From positions 1 through 62,430 of the forward strand of contig DAOWLE010000005.1 in the NCBI GenBank assembly GCA_030643545.1: a DNA stretch of 62,430 nucleotides. Reading direction: 5' to 3'. Below the pieces are notes generated by a model. It was not told the DNA's origin and did no database searches. It worked only from the letters and a program-made list of their open reading frames with translations. Of the stretch, positions 49,416 through 58,584 are shown in pieces. Source of the DNA: a bacterium (lineage in GTDB: Bacteria; Patescibacteriota; Minisyncoccia; JAHIHE01; DAOWLE01). Every line of letters starts with the position of its first letter. The stretch's first letter is position 1. Made by a program: the position numbers and the translations under genes.

Positions 49416-50390
49416 ATGAATAACTCGTTGAAAAAAAATATTAACTCAACTTTTAAATTACTATTAGGGAGTGTTTTAATAATGGGGCTAAGCGCTGCCG
49501 GAACAAATTCTTTTGGCAAAAATCAAGAGAATAAAGAAAATTTATCCATTCCGATTATTATTGAAGAAAACGGGCTTCAATTTAATTTAAAAACAGACAA
49601 AAAAAATATTATGAATGTTTTAACTGATTTAGATATCCATCTCAATCAAAATGATATTTTATTTCCGGCCATAGAAACATCAATCAGCGCCGGAACAAAA
49701 ATCATCATCAAACGAGCATTAGAAATAAGCATTGAAGCTGATGGAGAAATTATAAAAACTTTTACAGCCGTTTTGAATGTTAGAGATGTTTTGAAAGAAA
49801 AAAATATTATTTTAAATGAGAAAGACAAAACGCTTCCCGGTTTGGATGAGTCAATCAGCAATAATTTAGAAATTAAAATTATCAGAGTAAAACAAAACAC
49901 AATTACTGAAACAGTTTTAATTGATCCGCCGATTGAAATCCGCAAAGATAAATCTATGATTCTTGGAAAAACAAAAATCATTGAGCCGGGTAAAAGCGGC
50001 GAAAAGGAACAAACTTTTTCAATTACTTATGAGAACGGCCGGGAAGTTGAAAGAAAACTTGTTTCTGAAAAAATAATTTTTCAGCCGCAGCAAAAAATTA
50101 TTGTTGAAGGAGAAAAAATTTCCATTGGAAATGTTCAAATTGGACAAGCTTCTTGGTATGCTAAAGGATTGTGGAATCCGCAGGCGTTAACCGCAGCAAG
50201 CAATACTTTTCCAAAAAAAACTTACCTTAGAGTGACAAATTTAGAAGACAGCAAACAGGTAATTGTTAAAGTTAATGACACCGGCGCTTTTGGCTTGCCA
50301 AGAGTGATTGACCTTTCAAGCGGCGCTTTTAAAAAACTTGCTCCGCTTTCTGCCGGAATAATTTCAGTAAAAGTTGAAGAAATATTATAA
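49416..50390 (+). CDS. DUF348/G5/RlpA-like double-psi beta-barrel cell-wall protein
   Basis: Signal/TM, DUF348-like repeats, G5 (GKSGEK..YENG), GQASWY..VNDTG..IDLS. Confidence 0.85.
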   Translation: MNNSLKKNINSTFKLLLGSVLIMGLSAAGTNSFGKNQENKENLSIPIIIEENGLQFNLKTDKKNIMNVLTDLDIHLNQNDILFPAIETSISAGTKIIIKRALEISIEADGEIIKTFTAVLNVRDVLKEKNIILNEKDKTLPGLDESISNNLEIKIIRVKQNTITETVLIDPPIEIRKDKSMILGKTKIIEPGKSGEKEQTFSITYENGREVERKLVSEKIIFQPQQKIIVEGEKISIGNVQIGQASWYAKGLWNPQALTAASNTFPKKTYLRVTNLEDSKQVIVKVNDTGAFGLPRVIDLSSGAFKKLAPLSAGIISVKVEEIL

Positions 50391-50410
50391 GTGGTATAAT
50401 TATTTTTACA

Positions 50411-50448
50411 TTTACGAAGGCGACAATATATATTGTCGCCTTCGTAAA
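50411..50448. repeat. Perfect 38-bp AGGCGAC..GTCGCCT palindrome
   Basis: TTTACGAAGGCGACAATAT|ATATTGTCGCCTTCGTAAA. Confidence 0.7.
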
Positions 50449-50492
50449 CTTTAATTTATTTTATTTGTTGATAAATATGGCGCGATTATAAA

Positions 50493-51323
50493 ATGAAAAT
50501 ATCCATTATCATTAATCACCATCAAACTTTAGAAGTTCTTCAGCTTTGCTTGAAATCACTTTTAAAAAATTTGCCGGAAAATATTGAAAGTGAAATTATT
50601 GTCACTGACAGCGAAACCCAGGAAGAAACAGAAGAAATAATGCGGGAATTTTTTCCGCAGATTATTTTTATCACTTCTGAAAAAAATATTGGTTTTGGCA
50701 AATCGGTCAATAGAGCGCTGAAAAAAGCGCAGGGTAAATATATTTTAATAATCAACGCTGATATTGTTATTGATAAAAAAGAAACGATTGAAAAAATGAT
50801 TGGCTATTTAAAAAATAATCCGGAAGTCGGAATTATAGGCCCCAAACTTTTAAATATTAATAACACCAGGCAAGTTTCTTGTTTTAGATTTTATACTCCG
50901 GCGGTAATCGCCTGCCGGCGAACTTTCTTGGGAAAAACAAAATGGGGCAAAAAAGTTTTATCTCATTTTTTAATGGATGATGTATTTAAAAAAAATAATC
51001 TTGAAAAAGATAAGCCGATTTTTGTTGACTGGCTGATGGGCTCGGCGCTTTTTGCTAGAAGAGAAGCGATTGAAAAAATCGGTTATTTCGATAAAAGATT
51101 TTTTATGTATCTTGAAGACACGGATTGGTGCCGGCGGTTTTGGAAAGCGGGATATAAAGTCGTTTATTTTCCGCAAGCCAGAATGTACCATTATCATATT
51201 CAGGCAAGCAAAAAAAAAGGCGGAATTTTTGATTTGTTTTTTTCAAAATATACAAGAATCCATCTTTCAAGCGCGATAAAATATTTTTTAAAATGGGGGT
51301 TTAAAAAGAAAAAATTTAATTGA
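50493..51323 (+). CDS. Glycosyltransferase family 2 (rhamnosyltransferase-like)
   Basis: NIGFG, INAD, DWLMGS, FDKRFFMYLEDTDWC. Confidence 0.9.
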   Translation: MKISIIINHHQTLEVLQLCLKSLLKNLPENIESEIIVTDSETQEETEEIMREFFPQIIFITSEKNIGFGKSVNRALKKAQGKYILIINADIVIDKKETIEKMIGYLKNNPEVGIIGPKLLNINNTRQVSCFRFYTPAVIACRRTFLGKTKWGKKVLSHFLMDDVFKKNNLEKDKPIFVDWLMGSALFARREAIEKIGYFDKRFFMYLEDTDWCRRFWKAGYKVVYFPQARMYHYHIQASKKKGGIFDLFFSKYTRIHLSSAIKYFLKWGFKKKKFN

Positions 51324-52615
51324 TGATGTATTATGCAATTTTAATTTTAGGTTTGCTTATTTTAGCAATTCTTTCTTATAAAAAAATTAATCTGGCGATA
51401 GGCATAGTTATTTTAACTTTGCCTTTTTATTTAATCCGTTTGGAAATTTTGTCTATTCCGACAACTGTTTTAGAACTGATGATTTATGTTGTTTTTCTGG
51501 TTTGGATAATAAAGAAACTCAAAACTCAAATTTTCAAAATTTTTCAAATACATAAAGGCGACACGACATCGTGTCGCCTTCGTTATTTTTTAAGCTCAAA
51601 TTTTATATTTCCAATTTTTCTAATTCTCTTTGGATGCATTATTTCAATTATTGTTTCGCCGAACAAGCAAGCCGGACTTGGAATTTTAAAAGGTTGGTTT
51701 ATTGATCCGCTTTTATTGTTTTTAATTATTTCTAATGTTATTAAAACAAAAAAACAAATCATAAAAATTTTATCCTTTTTAGCTGTTTCTGGAATTATCG
51801 TCGCTGTTGCCGGACTTTTTTATTATTTTTTTAACGAGCTCACTTATGATGGAAGATTGAAAGCGTTTTTTCTTTCACCGAATCATTTGGCAATGTATTT
51901 GGCTCCAGCTGGAATTATTTGCTTTGGATTATTTCTTAATTTCAAAAAATATTTCTATCTTTTTGGTTTTATAATCTGTTCAATCGTTATTTTTCTGACT
52001 TATTCTTATGGCGCTTGGATAGGATTTGGCGCAGGTATTTTATTTTTAATTTTCTTTTTTCAAAAAAAAATTGTTTGGCGGAAAAAAGTTTTGCTTTTAA
52101 TAATTGCCGTTTTATTTTTGTCAACAGTTTTCTTTTTCCAGTGCAATACAGAGAAATTTCAAAATTTCACTAATTTTTCCCGCTCGTCTTTTGAATCGCG
52201 GATAATAATTTGGAAATCGGCTGCGACAATTTTGAAAGACCATCCATTTTGGGGAATCGGTCCGGGAAATTTCCAAAATTTTTATTTGGATTATCAAAAA
52301 AAATTCCCACCCTATTTAGAGTGGGCTGTTCCCCAGCCGCATAATTTATTTTTGGCTTTTTATCTCCAGTGCGGATTACTCGGCTTAATCGGTTTTTTCT
52401 GGATAATATTTTTATTTTTCAAAACGAGCATTCGTTATCTGCCGGTTGCCGGTTGCCGGTTGCCGGTTGCTGTGCTAACAGCGGTGATGATTTATATTCT
52501 TATTCATGGATTAGTTGACACTCCGTACTGGAAAAATGATCTGGCAATTATTTTTTGGATTGTTGTAGGATTAATGAAAGTAATCCAGAATGCAGAATTA
52601 AAATTTTCAAAATAA
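51323..52615 (+). CDS. O-antigen ligase family membrane protein
   Basis: Multi-TM; R..FLSPN, TYSYGA, GIGPGNF, PHNLFL, HGLVD. Confidence 0.88.
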   Translation: MMYYAILILGLLILAILSYKKINLAIGIVILTLPFYLIRLEILSIPTTVLELMIYVVFLVWIIKKLKTQIFKIFQIHKGDTTSCRLRYFLSSNFIFPIFLILFGCIISIIVSPNKQAGLGILKGWFIDPLLLFLIISNVIKTKKQIIKILSFLAVSGIIVAVAGLFYYFFNELTYDGRLKAFFLSPNHLAMYLAPAGIICFGLFLNFKKYFYLFGFIICSIVIFLTYSYGAWIGFGAGILFLIFFFQKKIVWRKKVLLLIIAVLFLSTVFFFQCNTEKFQNFTNFSRSSFESRIIIWKSAATILKDHPFWGIGPGNFQNFYLDYQKKFPPYLEWAVPQPHNLFLAFYLQCGLLGLIGFFWIIFLFFKTSIRYLPVAGCRLPVAVLTAVMIYILIHGLVDTPYWKNDLAIIFWIVVGLMKVIQNAELKFSK

Positions 52616-52643
52616 TTTACTGTGAATTACGAAATAACTTTAT

Positions 52644-52717
52644 GTCATAGTGAGCTTGTCGAACTATGATAGGTTTATTAGGATGAAATGTCGTCCTTCG
52701 ACAAGCTCAGGATGACA
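52644..52717. repeat. REP-like element (GAGCTTGTCGAA...TTCGACAAGCTC type)
   Basis: TGTCATAGTGAGCTTGTCGAA ... TTCGACAAGCTCAGGATGACA, enclosed by TGAATTACGAAA/TTTCGTAATTCA. Confidence 0.7.
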
Positions 52718-52748
52718 TTTTCTCCTTTTCGTAATTCAAAGAAATTAT

Positions 52749-53150
52749 TTAAAAACCTATAGTCGGAGCAGTGATGAAATCCGGATTGATTGTGTAAAGA
52801 ATAAGCCAGCTTAAAAGCGCCAAACCCAATCCTAAAAGAGCGCTAAAAATCATATCTTTTGCGTCAGCCATTGCCGAGGCGTTTCCGGTTGAAGTCATAT
52901 AACGGAACCCGCCGATGATAATCATTACCATTGCCACGATGCCGACAATGCTCAAGAGAAATTCATAAATAGCAACTACATATTTGCCAAAAGTTGTTGG
53001 CGATTCAAGTCCGCTTGTCGTAGGAATTTCCTGCATCGGAGTCCATTTATAATCCGCGCTCACTGATTGAATATCAAAACTGCAAAACAATCCTATTGTA
53101 ATAATAAGTCCGATAAAAATTATAAGTTGGATTTTTTTATTTTTAAACAT
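52749..53150 (-). CDS. CPR pilin-like protein (VirB2/TrbC-like)
   Basis: Signal peptide, two hydrophobic helices around IIIGGFRYMTSTGN..AK, ends INPD. Confidence 0.75.
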   Translation of the reverse strand: MFKNKKIQLIIFIGLIITIGLFCSFDIQSVSADYKWTPMQEIPTTSGLESPTTFGKYVVAIYEFLLSIVGIVAMVMIIIGGFRYMTSTGNASAMADAKDMIFSALLGLGLALLSWLILYTINPDFITAPTIGF

Positions 53151-53703
53151 AAAATAATAAATTAGAAAGCGTTTCTGTTTCTGCTCCGCCTAATCCGGGA
53201 ATAATTGTCGCGATAACAGCAATAACTACTGCTATAAGAATTAGAACAACAATAAGAATAATAAAACCAGTAACACCAATTGCGGCAATTAATGCTAATA
53301 TTAACGATATTATTGCCTGAACAATAGCTCTTAAAGCTGCCAATGCCGCCTGCTTTAACACTTTCATTGTCATTTTTTTAGCTGCCTGACCGGCAGCTTT
53401 TTTCGCCGTTGATTTTATTCTTTTAGCAGCCGCTTTTTCAACATAATTAACTTTCTCTTTTAAAATCTTTTTCGGAAACTGTCTACCTTTTTGTGAATAT
53501 TTTTGCTGCTGTTGTTTTTGTTGAGCTTGATTAAATTCATCTATTCGTTTTTGATGTTCTTGCTGCTGTTGTTGAATAGCAGATTCTTGTATTCTTTTCT
53601 CTCTTTCTTTTTCAACGTGCCTTCTTAATGTTTCAGTAAATCTTGAAGGCATTTCTTCTTCGTATTGTTCATATTCATCATTTTCATTATCATAATTAGC
53701 CAT
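53143..53703 (-). CDS. Hypothetical membrane protein in the T4SS-like locus
   Basis: Charged Q-rich N-terminus, long hydrophobic C-terminus; start uncertain (53703 or 53736). Confidence 0.6.
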   Translation of the reverse strand: MANYDNENDEYEQYEEEMPSRFTETLRRHVEKEREKRIQESAIQQQQQEHQKRIDEFNQAQQKQQQQKYSQKGRQFPKKILKEKVNYVEKAAAKRIKSTAKKAAGQAAKKMTMKVLKQAALAALRAIVQAIISLILALIAAIGVTGFIILIVVLILIAVVIAVIATIIPGLGGAETETLSNLLFYV

Positions 53704-53784
53704 ATCTCTAAGTTTAAATAAAAAGTTAAAAATCATTTCATATTTATTGATTTTTGACTTTATGGACTTTACAAACTTTTGACT

Positions 53785-54315
53785 CTATCCTTTGTTTGTT
53801 AAAAAAATCGCTTTATCTACTTTCCAGGTATTATCTTCCTTAATAAATTGTATCAGGCAATTTTGATAGTAATTTTCTTCAGCCAAAGTCCGAATATTTG
53901 TTTTCATTCTTTCAGTTACCACTAAAACCTCGGCATAACCAAGTTCAAAATTAATAATTTTAGAAATAACAATTTCAGTCATTATGCCGTAAGTAGGAGA
54001 AAAAGAAGGCTGATTTTTTCTTGTTTCCAACCAAGCGTTTGTTTCCTCTCTGTATTCTACAGACATAAAATCGCTTAATGATTCAAGATTGCTGTAATTC
54101 CCTTCAGTAAAGGTTCCGTAAATTTGAGTGTAACTTTCAGCCAAGCTCACCAACTGTTCTTCTTCAGACGGCTCTTGAGGTTCAATCGGTTCTGTTATTG
54201 GCGGTTCTTCAGTAATGTTTGCTTCTGGATCTTTTTCCTTGCATCCAAAACCAGTTGTTGACAAAGCAAAGACAGTGAGAATGAGAATAAATAATGTTGT
54301 TGTTTTTGTTTTCAT
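53785..54315 (-). CDS. Exported protein, possibly VirB8/TcpC-like
   Basis: Signal ending GFGC, Pro/Glu linker, YGTF.., C-terminal WKVD. Confidence 0.5.
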   Translation of the reverse strand: MKTKTTTLFILILTVFALSTTGFGCKEKDPEANITEEPPITEPIEPQEPSEEEQLVSLAESYTQIYGTFTEGNYSNLESLSDFMSVEYREETNAWLETRKNQPSFSPTYGIMTEIVISKIINFELGYAEVLVVTERMKTNIRTLAEENYYQNCLIQFIKEDNTWKVDKAIFLTNKG

Positions 54316-54336
54316 AATAAAAATTTAAAATGTAAA

Positions 54337-56172
54337 TTATTTCTGCGCTAATTCTTTTTTCGCTTTTTTAATTTCTAAAAGCTGGGCCGGATCAGTAGTA
54401 ACAATTTGGTCTTCAGAATAAGAAGCGACAATTTTAATCGCCGCGCGCTTAAGTCCGGCAAAAAAGATTCCTTCGCCGACATTGCTTTCCAAAAGAAGAA
54501 ATCTTTCTTCGTTAGTTAGAAAAAAAGTGTCGGAAACAATATCAATCGCGGCTGGCGATTGCTTCATCAAAAGCAACAAAGACGAATTAGTGACAATCGG
54601 TTTCCCATAACGGGAAGAAAAAAAGTCCGTAATGTCCTGAGTGATTGTTGTCAATCCCAAATAATATTTTCGCGCTCTTTTGGCAATTCCAAAAGTAAAA
54701 GCCGCTCCTTCTTCGTGCTGCATCAGCCACCAGGCCTCGTCAAGAATTAAAATTCTTTTTTTCAAACGGCTTCTGACTAAAGTCCAGATATAATTTAAAA
54801 TAACATACATCGCTACCGGCCTAAGCTCTTCTTCCATATCGCGGATGCTGAAAACAACTAAATTTTTGTCAACATCAACATTAGTCGGATTATTTAAAAA
54901 ACCGGAAAAAATTCCTTCGGTATATTTTCTGAGCCGCAGAGATAAATTTTCCGCTCCGTCCATATTATCTAAAATCGTTTGCAGATCCTGCATTGTTGGC
55001 GGAGTAATTTTTTTAAGATTGGATTCCGGCGTGATGTCTTTCAGCGCGTATGTCTCGGTAAGAGCTTTATCTAAAATAGAATCTTCTTCCGGTGTAAGCG
55101 AACCTAACATCACTTTGACCAAGCCGATCAGTCCGGCGATATGGCTTCTTAAAATATCCGCGGCGGTTTCGTCCTCTAGAGGCGTTGGCAGATCAAAAGG
55201 ATTAAGATGATATTTGGAAGTCAGAGAAATTTTTACAAAACTACCGCCAACTGTTTCAGTCAGATGCTTATATTCATTTTCCGGATCAATAATTAAGACA
55301 TCTGTTCCCAACATTAAACTTCTTAAAATTTCCAATTTTACCGCGTAACTTTTTCCGCCGCCTGATTTTCCAAAGATAACCATATTGGCATTTTCCAAAC
55401 TGAATCTGTCAAAGAGAATCAGAGAATTATTATGGCGGTTAATTCCATAAAGAATTCCTTGATTAGAAGTTAGATCTGAAGAAACAAAAGGAAAAGTTGT
55501 TGAAAGCGGCGATGAATTCATATTATTGCCAATCATTAATTCGTCGTTTCCCAAAGGCAAAGTTGAAGCAAATCCCTGTTCCATTTGAAAAAGCGCCGGC
55601 TTAGCGTAGACAAGCCGTGTTTCAAGCATTCCCTCAACTCGTGAAGAAATTTCGTCAAGCTCTTTTAATGACTCGGCAAAAAAAGTTATGTAAAGCCCGA
55701 ATTGGAAAAGCCGCTCGCTGCCTTGCATCAAACGATCACGCAATTCTTCAGCGTCTTGTAAAGCGGTTTCCAAAATCGGATCGCGAACTTTATTTTGTTC
55801 TTCATTAATGGAAATCTGCGACTCAATCTGGGTAACTGTTTTTTTAAGATTTTTTAAAACAACTCGGCTTTCTAAAGGATGAACAAACATTGATATATCA
55901 AAAGCAGTGTCAAAATTTATAATCGGCGAAAGCCAGCTTGTTTGCAGATATCTCGGATAGGTGAAAACAAAAAGCGTTTTGACGAATTTTTCCCCGACTT
56001 GAAGATAATTGGAACTTATTTTCAGCGCCGCCGGAGCGATGATATCTTTAACCGTGGCGATTCCTTTCTGGTAAATTTTTTCCGATTCAGAAACAGCCCC
56101 TCTACTGACAGAAAGTTTGCCTTTCTTTTTATTATCTTTTTTATTGTTTTGTTTCTTTTTAAAAAACATCAT
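54337..56172 (-). CDS. VirB4-like ATPase
   Basis: GKSGGGKS Walker A, IIDPENEY, LDEAW Walker B, KRARKY. Confidence 0.9.
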   Translation of the reverse strand: MMFFKKKQNNKKDNKKKGKLSVSRGAVSESEKIYQKGIATVKDIIAPAALKISSNYLQVGEKFVKTLFVFTYPRYLQTSWLSPIINFDTAFDISMFVHPLESRVVLKNLKKTVTQIESQISINEEQNKVRDPILETALQDAEELRDRLMQGSERLFQFGLYITFFAESLKELDEISSRVEGMLETRLVYAKPALFQMEQGFASTLPLGNDELMIGNNMNSSPLSTTFPFVSSDLTSNQGILYGINRHNNSLILFDRFSLENANMVIFGKSGGGKSYAVKLEILRSLMLGTDVLIIDPENEYKHLTETVGGSFVKISLTSKYHLNPFDLPTPLEDETAADILRSHIAGLIGLVKVMLGSLTPEEDSILDKALTETYALKDITPESNLKKITPPTMQDLQTILDNMDGAENLSLRLRKYTEGIFSGFLNNPTNVDVDKNLVVFSIRDMEEELRPVAMYVILNYIWTLVRSRLKKRILILDEAWWLMQHEEGAAFTFGIAKRARKYYLGLTTITQDITDFFSSRYGKPIVTNSSLLLLMKQSPAAIDIVSDTFFLTNEERFLLLESNVGEGIFFAGLKRAAIKIVASYSEDQIVTTDPAQLLEIKKAKKELAQK

Positions 56173-56227
56173 ATTTAATTGAAAATTTAAATATCAAAAA
56201 TCAAAATGACAATGTAAAATGTTTAAA

Positions 56228-56599
56228 TTATTTTTTGCCTTTTAATGTTAGAATGCTTGAAGCCAAAATATTAGATATTTCAATCAATTCTTCTGATAAC
56301 CATTTTAGTTCACCTTGATTTCCTTTGTTAGTGTCTCTTAATAAGGTTAGCCACACTTTTGATTCGTTAGATGATTTTAATGAATAAGTGAAAAAGTTAA
56401 TAAAATCTTTTTTAGAACTTGCTGAATTAGCTTCAATATAATTTGCTAAAATGCTCGTTCCGCTCCTTAAAAGTTGTTTTCCTAAAACATTACAAACGGA
56501 ATCTTTAGGAAGCTTATCAATAAATTTAATTAATCTTAAAACCCAGTTGTAAAGTCTTTTCTTAAATTCATTTTTGAATTTTGCACTGTCATTTTCCAT
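56228..56599 (-). CDS. Four-helix-bundle protein (23S rRNA IVS / bAvd-like family)
   Basis: QLLRSGTSILANYIEA..SKKDF..SLKSSNESKVWL. Confidence 0.9.
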   Translation of the reverse strand: MENDSAKFKNEFKKRLYNWVLRLIKFIDKLPKDSVCNVLGKQLLRSGTSILANYIEANSASSKKDFINFFTYSLKSSNESKVWLTLLRDTNKGNQGELKWLSEELIEISNILASSILTLKGKK

Positions 56600-56620
56600 T
56601 TTGATTTTTCAATTTTGATT

Positions 56621-57331
56621 TTAACGCGCAATATCCAGCTCTTCTATTTTCGCCAGAATATCTTTGTCAGAAGAAATTCCCGGATTATAAATTTTATAAA
56701 GCGCTTCAACAATTTCCTGATTATCCAAAACAACCATTCTTAGTCCGATTCCGGATAAGCCGCTTAAAATATGATTCACTCTTTGAAGAAGCTGGTTTTT
56801 GTATTTTTTAAAATTTTCTTCGGAAAATTTCATTCCGCCTTTTTTTTGGCTCCTTTGAAGTCCGACACCAGTAATAATTTTATCAATAAAATTTTTCTCT
56901 TTTAATTGAACTGGTGAAAAAGGAACAGTGATATAAAATGTCTTATTAATAATATTTGCCATCTTAACCAAACCCTGGATAAATTCCAAATATTCGCTTG
57001 TCTGAATTCTCAAAAGTTCGTTCGGCTGTTCTTTTTCCTTGTCTTTAATCATTTCTAAATATTGTTTGATATTAATTTCTCGTGAATTTACCAAAATCTG
57101 AATTGGAAAATCCAAAGAATTTAAAAAACTTTGATAATGATAAACAATCGCGTCCTGCTCTTCAGTGGATTTCAAAGCAAAATTAATGCTGGAAACCATA
57201 ATAACTGAACGCATTCCGCCGTTTTTAAGAACAACAACTCCGTCCTTAATTTCAGCAATATCAAGATACTCCTGAGTGCTTGATTGAGGAGGTTTTTTTT
57301 GAATTAATTTTTTTGAATGTAATAATTCCAT
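56621..57331 (-). CDS. Conserved CPR T4SS-locus protein (TraC/VirB4 N-terminal-like)
   Basis: STQEYLDIAEI, INFALKS..EQ, FLNSLDFPIQI. Confidence 0.65.
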   Translation of the reverse strand: MELLHSKKLIQKKPPQSSTQEYLDIAEIKDGVVVLKNGGMRSVIMVSSINFALKSTEEQDAIVYHYQSFLNSLDFPIQILVNSREINIKQYLEMIKDKEKEQPNELLRIQTSEYLEFIQGLVKMANIINKTFYITVPFSPVQLKEKNFIDKIITGVGLQRSQKKGGMKFSEENFKKYKNQLLQRVNHILSGLSGIGLRMVVLDNQEIVEALYKIYNPGISSDKDILAKIEELDIAR

Positions 57332-57334
57332 ATT

Positions 57335-57754
57335 TCAGTTTTTAGTTTTTATTGCCTGTGTCTCAATTCTCCAAGCCAATTCCCTTAAATGGCTTTTGTT
57401 AAATGTTCTTGTTTCAATTCCGCCGGAAGCGGAAAGTTTCTTGATTCCTCTTTTAATTTTTATTTTATCTCTTTTAAAAACTCTTTTCCAGATGTAAGCG
57501 CGTGAAGCGGTAAAAAATAAAAAAATGGACTGGAGAAAAATTATAAAGGGCCGTCCGTTCGGCTTGTAAAACGCCAAAGCGCCGAAAAATAAAAGTGTCG
57601 GCACAGCAACAGTGACAAAAAGAGACACATCGCAAAAACTCCAAAGAATAAAAAGCAGTCCGCCGGCAATTCCCAGCCACATAAATTGTTTGGCGGTAAA
57701 AGGCCCGACGATTTTGTCTTCAACATCAATAAATTGTGGAACATTATACTGCAT
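57335..57754 (-). CDS. PrgI-family protein
   Basis: VPQFIDVEDKIVGPFT..QF, two TM segments, NGRPF. Confidence 0.85.
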   Translation of the reverse strand: MQYNVPQFIDVEDKIVGPFTAKQFMWLGIAGGLLFILWSFCDVSLFVTVAVPTLLFFGALAFYKPNGRPFIIFLQSIFLFFTASRAYIWKRVFKRDKIKIKRGIKKLSASGGIETRTFNKSHLRELAWRIETQAIKTKN

Positions 57755-57868
57755 AAAAATTCAAAGATTAAAAATCAAAATGCAAAATGACAAATCAAAA
57801 TTTAAAATTTCAACCCCTCCTTATTCCTCCCCTTTATAAGGGGAGGTTAGGTGGGGTATTTTTACATT

Positions 57869-58534
57869 TTACATTTGTAATGTCGTTGGTTTCATTGCAT
57901 CATAAAATCTCAAAAGTTTGTGGATTTTTTCTTTGTCAGATTTTGAAAGCCGGGCAATGTTAGCGTTATGGCTAATGTATTGGGCTTTTTCAATATTGGA
58001 ATGTTTTTCAATTCCAATTGTCCGGTCATAATCCAAAAGCCAATTTTTTATCAAAGGCAGTTGCGGCTCTTCTTCTCTTTTAATAATTATTCTGTCTTTT
58101 CCTAATTTTTCTTCGTTGTTTCGCAGGGCTTTGTAAATTAATTCCCGCAGATCGTCTCTAATCACCTCCGGCAAAACCATCAGCCGCGTTTCTATTCTTT
58201 CTTCAATATCATTATCCGGATCATCCATTGCTTTGGCAAAATTTTCTTCAATAAATTCTGCCACTTCTTCATAACTCAACAAAGGCAGAGCAACCAATTC
58301 TAATCTGACAATTAAATTAAGATATTGGGAATACAATTTTGGTCTTTCATCACGAAGCTGATATTTAAAACGGGGATTATTTTTTTCAATCGCTTCAAAA
58401 ATTTTAACCAATTCAAATGACTCCCAGACATCCCGATGAAACGCAAAATCCTCGACTTGTTTTTTGATTTCCTTAAAAGCCGCTTCACTTTTAATTTGTT
58501 CCGGAGTTAATTGGAATAAATTTATATTGTTCAT
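57869..58534 (-). CDS. Hypothetical protein
   Basis: 221 aa co-oriented ORF within the T4SS-like locus. Confidence 0.65.
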   Translation of the reverse strand: MNNINLFQLTPEQIKSEAAFKEIKKQVEDFAFHRDVWESFELVKIFEAIEKNNPRFKYQLRDERPKLYSQYLNLIVRLELVALPLLSYEEVAEFIEENFAKAMDDPDNDIEERIETRLMVLPEVIRDDLRELIYKALRNNEEKLGKDRIIIKREEEPQLPLIKNWLLDYDRTIGIEKHSNIEKAQYISHNANIARLSKSDKEKIHKLLRFYDAMKPTTLQM

Positions 58535-58584
58535 AATTATTTTTTACAAAATTATTTTTCTCCGAGAACTGTTCTGGAGAGTTG

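Noticed and set aside
56228..56599. Diversity-generating retroelement suggested by the Avd-like protein
   Set aside because: No reverse transcriptase and no TR/VR pair with adenine-specific mismatches seen in the window
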